A stretch of DNA of 64,000 nucleotides. Source: Azolla caroliniana. Lineage: Eukaryota; Plantae; Polypodiophyta. The DNA lies in assembly GCA_043228905.1 (NCBI GenBank), contig JBHGNT010000007.1, positions 2,480,001 through 2,544,000 on the forward strand, written 5' to 3'. Positions 26,151-37,548 of the stretch are shown piece by piece. A program made the position numbers and the translations under genes. The first letter of the stretch is position 1. Each line of letters starts with the position of its first letter. A model generated the notes under the pieces. It was not told the origin of the DNA and searched no databases. It worked only from the letters and a program-made list of their open reading frames with translations.

Positions 26151-28394
26151 CACTTCTAGGTTCGTTGAACCAAAACTCAAGTATCTCCTCCTAAAGCTTT
26201 GCCTATTCCTATAATATTTCTATCTTTCTTAACTATTTGCCCTTAAATTACTCCATGTAACAGAGCCAACATTAACTTGTTGATGTATTCTCCCTTGTTA
26301 ATTTCAATAAATCTATTATCTAGTGTATTTATAATCGAACAAGGATAATGATGAAAGTAGGGTGCGTGGTGTTATGCAAATTCAGAACTAAATCGAAAGT
26401 GAATATCCAAAATACCATATCAAAGCTCGCTACACTATCACAAACAATTTGTGTCGAGGATCACATGGAAATTTCAAAACGTGATTCCAATCACCTAACA
26501 AAAAGTTATATGCGATTGAAGAAATTTCAGACAAAGGGACAAATTTGTAATTACTTACAAATAATTTCCTCAAGTACCACGTCAACATTGAGGAATTTTT
26601 CCCAGAGGTTCGAGGAATTTTTCCTTGCATTGTGGGTGACATCAACCAATGACATCACCTCAACTCTATCACATCACTTATACACAAGTTTTGCGTTTTA
26701 CCCTTCCTTTTCACATTTATTTTCCCCTAAGGTTCCCTAGCCACAAGCGAAGAGAACCTTTATTTCTCTAAATATCCCTCTTGTTACCAATATACATTTA
26801 CCTATACAAACATACCCCAGAGATTCACTTTCATATACAAACACATCCCTACTTACACCTACAAATCAACTTAGTCTTACTCCCGCACTAACATGTCCAA
26901 TCTACCCTACACCTTGACACATACACAAACATTTACATAATTATAGCTCATTTGAGTATATTAAAACACTTGCATTTTTACACATAAATAAACACCTATT
27001 AGTACACATTTTTACAAATCTATCTACTTATGCCTATTCTCTCCCTCTCTCTCTCTCTCACACACACACACACATACAAATAGTATACATTTATATAAGC
27101 AACACAAACTCAGAAAGTCCCATTCACATGAGATTACTTGCTAATTTAACTCCCTGAAGGAGACCAAGTGCGAAACATAACATCCTCAAGCGCTCTATTC
27201 TCAATGACTTGACATTCCTATCCTCTCTAGTTCAAGTCCTCAATGGTGCCACTCATGTTTCCCACGCAAGCAAGTTATTTCTATAACAATGGGTAAGCAC
27301 ACCTAGATTCTAAAGAAGTTAGAAAAACGGTTGTGGAACTAGCTCTCTAAGTGTGTGATTGGAGAGGGGGAGAGACCAATTCCCCATTACCCTGGGTAGG
27401 TGCCAATGGATCCATTGGATGCAAAAAATAAGTGAATAATATATTACATGAAGAAGAAAAGACATCCTACGTGAAACAAAGTGAGAAATAAAGTATATGA
27501 AGGATCAAAGGACATCTATCCATTACAAAATATGGGAGTAATAAACCATACAAAGAACAATGAACATGTCAAGAATGTGACAAAGGTGAGTAACAAATCA
27601 TAGACAAATACTATGTATACCTGTTATAGGCATAAAATTTCGTTGTAGAAATAATTGATGTTAAGGAGATTCCGTTGTAGAATTAACTAAAGTTAATAAT
27701 ATTCAAAAAGCCTATAATAACCAAGGGTTGGGCAAACACTCAACGCCATGAAAATGTGAGATAAGAGTTAAGTGAAAATAACTGATGCATTACCATCAAA
27801 CCACACAATTTGGTATTCTTTCTGCCAGTTAAATCCATGAATAGGCATTTGCTTAAAGGAGAGTTCAAATTTGTTAATTATTTATACTATGAGAAAATAC
27901 TAAATTCTTACACTTTTGCAAACCCTGCTTCTCATACAACTTGTGGTGCTAAAACCTTCATTTTAGCCTTATTTACACACATCCAAATTCATAAAAGAAA
28001 TGACTCATTATTCAAATGGAGGCTGGACATATAGTAAGCCAAACAAATACTTTGAATGCCCTAGACATTGTCAATGCAACCGAGGAATTGGTAATCAAAT
28101 AAATCATACCACGTCTAAGAACATCATGATGTGTCACATGAAAAATGGCAGAAGGGATGTGTGTCTTTACAGAGCTCAGCTAATCATGGATAACTCTAAC
28201 AATAATTTCTTCGTTATAGTTCATGGAAGAGCTAGTGCAGTTTTGCGGATGAATAGAGCATCCCAAGTCCCATATTCCTTCATCCGACTTAGCACGTGCA
28301 ATGAAGTAAAATACACAGAATATTTGTTGATAGTAATTTACATATGTAGGATAAAACTGAAGCCCTGGAAATTATTATTCAACACGAACTCTTA

Positions 28395-30226
28395 TCACAT
28401 CCAGCAACAGCCCTGAGTGGGGGGGGGCTGTTCAAACCACCTATTCGTGGATTGATCAGCATTGGTCCTAAAAGAAAGCATACATTAGCATCTCTAAAAG
28501 CCTCGGTATGATTAACATGCTCCAATGTAAAACTGGACAAATAATGAGGTTCAAATTACCTTGTAAGAAGTGGATCTTGTTTGCTAGTTATTTGTGTTAC
28601 CAGTCTGATCAAAAACATCTCACAAACAATTTAATAGGGCATAAAACTTAAGAAGAAAAGAGAGAAATCAATTCATGATATTCAATGGCTTACTCTCTGC
28701 AAACAACTGAAGATACCTCAGTGTTGTCTAGCTTCTCAAGCTCCTCCTGCTCATCAGAATCGTGCTTAGTAGAAGATCAACCTCAAATTTCAAATGTAGT
28801 TCACATGCTTATACAATTAGTAAATTAACTAAAAACAATCTGGTAATGCCTGCAATCATAGAAAAATGCCCTACCCATTAAAGTCTTTACCATCTTCTAC
28901 TGCCATATGAATACTTAAAACAAAATAATTAACTACGTTCACTAACCAAACATGACAATTTCTTTCTGCAAGTAACGATCACCAATGGAGTGAAATCAAC
29001 CATTTTAGTTCTACCATACATATCAACCAGTTTACTTCTACTATACCCTGAAATTTTATTTCTATTGGGTCTATACATCTACCCATTTCATTCATAAAAT
29101 GGAAAATGAAGACCATTTTTTCTTCTGCAATTGTTTTCAAAATCTGCCAATTTAGTTCTGCCTCTGGAAAAGCAGGAAGTGAAGAAGAATAAAGAAAATG
29201 CTGGAAAATTCATCAAAAATGATTTCATTTTAATTCTCCTGCAGTTGATCAATCATGAAAGCAGGAAATCGAACTGAAGAAGGTAAAACAAGAACCTCAC
29301 GGATTTAAAGAATGAGATTTACATTTTTATTTGGAATCTGCCATTTTTGTTCTACTGTAGACTATACCCTTCTTGTTCTACTAAACCTTTAAATCCACCA
29401 TTTTTGTGGTACTTTCAGGATGAAATAAAGCAGGAAAACTAGAACTGAAGAAGAAGAAAAATAAAACCTGAAGGATTCGATGGCAATATTGACATTCACA
29501 TTGAAAACAGCAATTTTGGTTCTGATGTATCTTGAAATCTATCATTTTTGCACTATAGCTTCAAACCTACCATCTTATTTCTACTGAAGACAAAATCCTA
29601 AAATTTCATTTCTCTTGCACCTGCTCAATTAAAACAGAGGGAGAAATGGAAGCAAAGAAAGCAAAGAAGAAGAATCTGAAAGATGTGAAGAATGATGGAA
29701 TTTTAAGTTGGAATCTGCCATTTTCGTTCTATTACATTTCCAAAGCTTAATAAATCTTAGTTCTAGTAATACAATCAAAACTATTATTTCTTTTCTACTG
29801 CAACTTGGCATCCATCAGTTTACTGTTACTACATCTTGAAACCTATTACCTGTTTCCTGACTCCGTCTGTAGTTTGAAATCTAACCTTCTATTTCTACTC
29901 TACAGTTTCATTCCTACAGAAGCATTTGATTTCTACTCCAAATTGAAATGAAGGGGGAAAGAATTTAGTCCCATTTCCCCCATAACTACTAATCAATCAG
30001 AGGAAGCGAAAATCGAAGCAAAGGAGAAAGCGAAAAGCAGCGGGGAGAAAGAAAGAAAAACCTGAAGAGTTCGAATCTCCTGGTTGAGGCGGTTGAGCTC
30101 CGCTTGCTTGCGATGTCTGCCACGGATGTCAGGGATAGACTGAGGGCGAGGCTGGGGCCTCCATTCGTTCTCCCGTCTATCAGATGGTGAAGGAGGAGGG
30201 ATGGGGGATCGATTAGGGTTCTGCAT
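28395..30226 (-). CDS. Heterotrimeric G-protein gamma subunit, canonical type A (AGG1/AGG2-like), 111 aa
   Basis: Exons 30226-30062, 28746-28694, 28604-28560, 28467-28395 (GT-AG, 336 nt in frame) give MQNPNRSP...IRGRHRKQAELNRLNQEIRTLQ|EELEKLDNTEVSSVVCRE|LVTQITSKQDPLLTR|TNADQSTNRWFEQPPPTQGCCWM*. GGL-domain coiled coil, DPLL motif, RWFE motif and terminal CaaX are all present. Confidence 0.93.
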
Positions 30227-30443
30227 ATTCCTCAAGGTTCTCCGCTTCTGAGTCTTCTTCTTCTTCTTCTTCTTCTTCTTCTTCTTCTGCAGATCACTTT
30301 AGTGGTGTAAATTCAACTACTGATCATATAAAATTTGGATCCAAAGAAAGAGCTGAAGAGGAACGGTTTGTCTACTTTTAGTAGTGGGAAGGCTCATAAA
30401 TTATACCAAGAATAGCATAGAGCTACCAAATATGTATGTATAT

Positions 30444-30627
30444 CGATTGATTCTATCGGGATCTACCGCAGAATGATTGATTCTACCGGGATCTATCGCA
30501 AACTAATGGATTCTATTAGGATCTACCGTGGATCGATTGATTCTATTGGGATCTACCACTGATTGATTGATAGCCATTGACTGATTGATTCTGTCGGGAT
30601 CTACCGGAGAGTAATTGATTCTATCCG
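30444..30627. repeat. ~30-bp minisatellite, ~6 copies, in the G-gamma promoter
   Basis: Consensus GATTGATTCTATCGGGATCTACCG recurs at ~30444, 30474, 30504, 30534, 30582 and 30612. Confidence 0.85.
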
Positions 30628-31960
30628 AGTGAAATAACGCATAATTTGAGGCCTCTACATGACCCCTTTCAATTCGGAGGTAGTTGCTCCCATGACCTAG
30701 ACTCGTATCGAAGGCTAGACTGTGACTCTTCCACAATGCTTAAAAGCTTAGAAGAAGGTCCACAACTCATGAATGCCTTTTCCTTAAAACAAGACGCAAT
30801 TAATGGTATTTGAGAATTAACCATTGGCTAGCTCTTATGAGAGCAGTCATAGTAAGACAAGAAATGCAAGTGTTTAGGAATGATTGGGTGTAAAGTGCGT
30901 ATAGGTGTCTAGAGGGAATTTGATGGAGGCACAGCATAGGCGAAGGCACTTTGTTGGGCCAATGACGATCACAATGAGAGAACTAATCACAATGAACATG
31001 CATTTGCCTTCCCCTTTGATTGAGATGTAGTACGTAGTTTGCCACAAAAATTTTAGTGTGTCCAAAGGGAGTTTTTTAGAGGCACACTATAAGCAAAGGC
31101 ATTCTCTTCGGCCAACAATGATGACACTAACAATGAGAGAACTAATCATAATGCACATGTATGTGTCTTTTCTTTGATTAATGCAATAATGCGATTTGCC
31201 ACAAAAAAGAGTATCAAACACCCCATCAGTTATCCCAATGCAATAATCCACATAATTTGATGGAGCTAATTCTCACTCATAAAAACATCTAATTCCTTCA
31301 ATTGTTTCATTGCCTCTCTCAACATTGGCAACATCTCCTCAACAAAGTCTACCCCTCCACGAGCTTTATAAAATAACATCGTCAGGCGATACATATTCAT
31401 GATGATACTACAAACATGAGCCTAAACTACAAACCATAAACAAAAACCAAAACTGAGAACATAGAAACCCTTAACATAAACCTACATAACAAACACACAC
31501 GCAAAACATAAACTACATAAATAACTTAAGCATAAACTTAACATACAAATAACCTAAACATTAATTTAAAAGACACGAATAACCTAACAAAGGAGCCATA
31601 AACACAGCCCTAGAATAGTCAATACCCAAATGGTCCTAATCCAAGCAGTTGGGCTCAGACAAGAGAACGTTCGCAATTGACTTTTGCGTTAGTGGAGAAT
31701 CAAGCTCCCTCAATAGTTCGTAACTGTTACAGCACAACTATGTCATGAAAAGAAAAAAAAGATGAAAACCTTGATCACTACTTCACAATGTTAGAGACTA
31801 TTTACAGGAAAAAAAGGTTTGCCATCTACAAATTCTGTATCTTCCACAATGATTTCATGTAGAAACAGACAGCCTATGAGAATAACCATGACTATAAACC
31901 ATTCTATTAACAACTACAATTAGCTAGTAGTTAGAATTCTCATAAACTTACCAAGCTAGT

Positions 31961-32077
31961 AACCTCTTTACAAACAAGTCCAGATCCTTCCATGTGAACA
32001 AGTTCTAGAATAAAAAACTACAACCTCTTTACAAACCAAGTCCAGATCCATGAGCAAGTTCTTGAATAAAAAACAAC
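31961..32077. repeat. ~60-bp tandem duplication downstream of ABCF1
   Basis: AACCTCTTTACAAAC(C)AAGTCCAGATCC...CAAGTTCT.GAATAAAAAAC occurs twice. Confidence 0.85.
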
Positions 32078-32422
32078 AAAATACTCAGGTATATGATATA
32101 TTAAAGTTCAAAAAGTTCCATATTTAAAAACCAGGTCCTCTTGTTAGGGATGTTCTCTTATGATGGGACATATCAATAAGAAGCCCGCAACTTTTGTGAA
32201 TGTATGCATTCACAACCACAAAGGTTGGGCTTCGAAAACTTCACCATAACACAAAGAATTAAAATATTTGCCTTATAGTGTCGAAGATTCCTGCGCCTCA
32301 TTTCTGTGTAGATATTTCATAGACAGATTTGCTAAATGTTGACATGTTTCTACTCCATTTCTGACAATAGTTTTTTCTAAGCAACAATACAACACTATTC
32401 CTTTTCTTAGTACGAGATGGAT

Positions 32423-35400
32423 TTAGAGGTCAGCTTTTGCCTTCAAGTGTTGCTTGAAGTCCATGATATCACCCTCCCATCTTGTAACAGTCTGGTTCTC
32501 ACACACCCATATCTCCTTTGCAACTTGATTTATAAGTCGAAAGTCATGGCTCACAAGAACAAGCCCTCCATCCCATTCATTCAATGCTTCAGCTAATGAG
32601 TCTATTGTCTCAATGTCCAGATGATTTGTTGGCTCATCAAGCAATAGCAAATGAGGCAGCCGCCATGCTAACCATGCAAAAATAACTCGGCTTCTTTGTC
32701 CATCTGATAAGTTCCTCATCGGCATAATCTGAGATTTTCCAGTTAGCCCAAACTTTCCTATTGCAGCACGCATCTTTTCTTCTTCAAGACCAGGATATTC
32801 TGACATCATGTATTGTAAAGCCGGCATATCAAGGTTCAATTTATCAGCTAAATGCTGATGAAATTGTGCTATTCTAAGATGGTTGTGACGCCTCACCATG
32901 CCATCAAGTGGGGTCAATTCACCTGTCATTAGCTTCAACAGTGTGCTCTTTCCAGCTCCATTTGGACCAACCAAGGCTATTCGGGAATCCAGATCTACCC
33001 CAAAATCAATCTTCTTATATATAAGGTAATCAGGTGTATAGCCAAAATCTACCTCAACAAACTGCAAGACCGGTGGAGGTAGCTTCCCAACATCAGTGAA
33101 ACGGAATACAAGCACCTTGTCTCTCACCACCTTCTCTGTAAGCCCACCTCTTTCCATCTTAGCTAACGTTTTCTCCTTACTCTGGGCTTGTCTCGCAAGT
33201 TTTGCAGAACCATGGCCAAATCTAGCAATATATTCCTTCATGTTTGCTATCTGGTCTTGCTCCCACTTATATTGCTTCATCTGATTCTCCTCTAAATCTC
33301 CTCGCGTTTGTACATACTGGTCAAAGTTTCCAGTATAAAACTTAAGTTTCTTGTTCTGCATATGTATTATATTTGTGCAGACCCCGTTCAAAAAGTCCTG
33401 TGAGTGTGATACTACCACGAGGATGCGTTCAAAATGTTTCAGAGTTTCTTCTAACCAGACACATGCTTCAAGGTCTGCATGGATAACATTGTTGTTAGAA
33501 AAACGTGCTTCTACCACACTAGGTTAAGTCAAATGCTTTGGGTTCAAATTAGTTGAGAAACTACTTACCTAAATGATTAGTGGGCTCATCTAGAAGAAGT
33601 ATAGTTGGGCACATAAACAATGCTCTAGCTAGAGCTATTCTCATTCGCCAACCACCAGAAAAATCTCGAGTCTTCTTTGCTTGCATGGTTTTTGTAAACC
33701 CTAAACCGTGGAGAATTTCAGCTGCTCTCTTCTCTGCTGTAGTTGAATCCATGGCTTCCAAACGTTCATATATTCTTTCCAATGCCTCACCACCACCATC
33801 ATCCTGTAAACACAAGGAACTTTGTCAGACTCATATCATGGGATAACGCACTAACATTTGATTTTTGGATACCAGTACTGCAATATGCTTTCAACCTCTA
33901 GTGGTAGACGCCGTAGAGCATAACTTGGTTGTATTTTTTCCAGAAGAACTATGGCAAACTTTTTTAGTAGCAATTCACAGCCTAAATTAATACCCCAGTT
34001 TTCAGGTGCGCATACACTACTAGGATAATTTTTATGGTTACAACTGCCATCTAAATTCTATTCAGTTACTTACATAGCAAGAGTGAGACTTAACACCACT
34101 AGGTGCACTACTCATTATAAGGCAAAGACTAGCTGACGTCCTTGTAGTATACTAATTGGAACTTGTTGTCTAGATGAATTGTTTACAAGTAGCATTGCAT
34201 TCACAGCAAATTACATGGTGATGCATTGCAACCTTCATGTGACACCTTAACACTCATGAACTGCAAAAGTTATTGCACTCCCACTGTGTAATAGAGGTTC
34301 CTAAACCAGAAAAATACAAAAGAAACCTGAATCAAGAGATTTACTTGTATAACCCCCTTTATAATAAGAGAGAAAATTCCAGATTCAATTAATGGCATAT
34401 CACCATATTCATTCGCTTCAGTTTCTGGCAGGAGGGGAAGGTCTAGATTCCAGAGTAAAAAACTTTGCCCAACAAGATAACAGATATAGAATTTATATAA
34501 TTAAGAATGGAAACTACCTTTGCAGATAAGATTTCGGCTTCTTTTTCAAGCTTTATCCTCTCTTCATCCACATTCATCACAGCTTGAAGAGAAGTCATGT
34601 CTGTTGCTTCAATTTCCCGTGCCAAATGGTATATATCCATATGTTCTGGAATAGGTAGTTCTCTACATCCTATTGCATCCAAAAGCGTGGACTTACCACA
34701 GCCATTCAAGCCCAGTAATCCATATCGCCTAGCAAATCAGCAAGTATGAATTTGTAAGCCAATAATATCAATAAAATATAGAGCTGCATATAGAGAAAGG
34801 AGTTGATTTTGTAATTCATAGTACCTCCCATAATTCAGCTCAAGACTAGAATCAACAATCAAATCATGTCCGTGGAAAGTCAGCGTTAAACTCTCAATCT
34901 GAAATGTAAGAATTTTTTTAGTCAAACACCTAAACCAAGGTAGGAACATCCACAACTATACCAGCACTGATAAACTATAAAAATCTATGATTATGCACGA
35001 TACCTTTCATCAAATTATGCAAATACTAGCATTTATGACCAAGTATAAAGAAAACTTGCATTTGTGAGCAAGAATTGTGCTAAACATAACATTGAGGAAC
35101 CAAACCCAGAACATTGTATGTTTGAAATTTAGAAATCAATGTCTCTGAATAACTCTAAACCATGAGATATTAGAAAAAGCCCTAAAATTTTCAGGACGCA
35201 TTGATAAATAATGTCATCAAATTTATCATCCCCCTCGAGACTTCGATAAAGATTTAAATAGCAAACAAACTATCATATGCAAAAAACTGGCATTCACAAC
35301 AAAAATATACGAAATAAGACATTTTACATGTCAGAATCGTGCAGAACATGACAAGTTACGAACCATGCAAAAGAACATTTTATGAGCAATAACCATTCAA

Positions 35401-35665
35401 TAAACTGACATTCTTGTCCACGATCATGAAAAGAAGGTCTTACATGTATATCTCTAGACAGTGGATGTGATGAGAGAATTGCAGTGCATGTTCTATCACT
35501 GATATGCATAGCTGAAATATTCTCAACAATTCCATCTGTATTTCCATTTGAGTTTTCGCTCGTTTTCAATGAAGTCGATGATGCAGATACAGATTTTGAG
35601 CCTCGTTTGGCAGCAGCTGCTGCTTTCTTTTGAGCCATCTTTTTCTTACTTGCATCTGATACCAT
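32423..35665 (-). CDS. ABCF1: ABC transporter F family member 1 (soluble twin-ATPase, ARB1/ABCF2-like), 597 aa
   Basis: Exons 35665-35444, 34898-34825, 34728-34518, 33803-33569, 33474-32423 = 1794 nt in frame. N-terminus [22 protein letters not shown], Walker [10 protein letters not shown] and GPNGAGKST, signatures FSGGWRMR and [19 protein letters not shown] twice, no TM segments. A 5'UTR intron at ~36614-35705 is likely. Confidence 0.97.
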
Positions 35666-36255
35666 TTTGTTTAGCTAGATAATCTACAATGATTTTCACA
35701 AAACCTGCGACAGAGGGAGCAAAGGATTCCATTCTTAGAAAATAAGTCGAAATATCAGACTAACATCATTTTTCTCCTAGAAAAACTCGCACTGTTTCTG
35801 TAAACCTGTGTGATGGAACAATCCAGTTGAGAAGATGATTGAAGATTAGCATGTATGAGGTAACAGGACAAATACCAAAATTTAACTTGAAATCTCATAT
35901 CTAACGAAGAATCTACCCATCTAAAAGCTATCTATTAGAGAGTTAGAATCTATTACTCTAATCCAAAATCCTTTGCATCTGATATCATGTCTTCATATCA
36001 ATTGAGAATCTATCTATTCTAGTGCAAGGGAGGAGAATCCAATAGAAGATCAATCAATGATTGATGAAGAGGTATATATTCTACAATCCATCAATCTAGA
36101 ATCTATTAATCTACAATTCATCAATAGAGAATAGGTAAATTTGCAATTTGCATACTGTTGATACAGAACCAAGAAATCAATCAACCTAAAATGACTCTCT
36201 TATCAGTCTAAAAACCTTGCCAGAATCTATATCTAAAATCACACCACGAATTGAA

Positions 36256-36449
36256 TTTTGCAACCTAACCATCTACAATAAAAGAGAGTTTTGCAATCTA
36301 ACCATCTAAAATAAAAGAGAGTTTTGCAACCTAACCATCTACAACAAAAGAGAGTATTGCAACCTAACCATCTACAATAAAGAGAGTTTTGCAACCTAAC
36401 CATCTATAAGAAAAGAGAGTTTTGCAATCTAACCATCTACAATAAAAGA
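36256..36449. repeat. 33-bp minisatellite, 6 copies, in the putative ABCF1 5'UTR intron
   Basis: Unit TTTTGCAACCTAACCATCTACAATAAAAGAGAG repeated with few substitutions. Confidence 0.92.
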
Positions 36450-37018
36450 CTGCAATCTAGCAATCCAAAACTTCTATCAGTTTAAACTCGTATCTCTCTC
36501 TAAACTCTGAACTCTTTCTCTCTGACTCTGTCTGTATGAGACGAAAGATAGGCAAGAAAGACATAGAAGATATAGGGAAGCTAGAAAACATACAAAAATG
36601 AAGGTAAGGAAATACCTCTCTTTGAAGGCGCAGAATGGAGGGAGGAAAAACGAAGAGCTTTCTTTCTTCCGGTGAGAGCAAAGATGCCAGCGGCAGAACT
36701 CGATGAGGCTTCTTCTGTTTTTTTTTCTGTGTCTGGCGGTGCGTCTAATCACTGAGGAACAGAGGAACAGACGAGCAGAGAGAGAGAGAGAGAGAATGAA
36801 TGATCTTTCTCTGTCTTCTGTTTATATATGTATATAGTGTGTGTGTTTAGAGAGAGAGAGAGAGAGAGAGAGAGAGTCTTCTGTTTTTTGGTTCAGCCAT
36901 TCATTCATTGTGGTTTGTCGGTTCTTCTATAACTTCTGTTTATGTGCCCATTATTACATATATCTACATAAATAGCCTCCTCCTACTTATATATGTATAT
37001 ATATATTATATCAAAGCC

Positions 37019-37548
37019 TACCAATGGGTACGGTTTTGGCTCGAACCGAACCGAACCGTTAATCCATGGTTTTAACAGTTTATTGGTTCCAAGAATTTTT
37101 AATGGTTTGGTTTGGTTTGGATTTTCGATAAACGGTTCGGTTCGGTTCTAAAACTCGGGTTTATAGGTTTAAAGGTTTATCAGTTGTTGGTTAACTTCTT
37201 TTTTCTAACTTAATGGCTTATTAATTTAATGGTTTTTTATTGATTTAATTAATTTAACTTAAATGTTTATTTAATTTAATGGTTCAGTTAAAGTTTCTTT
37301 TATTGATTTAATAAAATTAACTTAAATGCTTATTTAATTTAATGTTTTTTTGTTCTATTAGATGTTTAACTAGTTTGATTTAAATGGTTAGGTTTAAAAA
37401 TATATTATTAAATGGTTTGGTTTAAAAAATTTATAAAATGTTTAAGTTTGGTTTCAACCTTTCCCTAAACGGTTTGGTTTGGTTTTTGTTTTATATAAAT
37501 GGTTCGGTTCGGTTTCTTTGCTTTGAAACCGAACCGTGCCCATTGCTA
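37019..37548. mobile_element. Non-autonomous hAT-type DNA transposon (MITE), 530 bp
   Basis: TIRs TACCAATGGGTACGGTT / AACCGTGCCCATTGCTA match at 15 of 17 positions. Perfect 8-bp TSD TCAAAGCC at 37011-37018 and 37549-37556. Subterminal AACCG/CGGTT arrays, AT-rich core. Confidence 0.9.

Noticed and set aside
30444-30627. Regularly spaced repeats (also 36256-36449) as a CRISPR-like array
   Set aside because: No unique spacers of CRISPR length, no cas genes, eukaryotic context.
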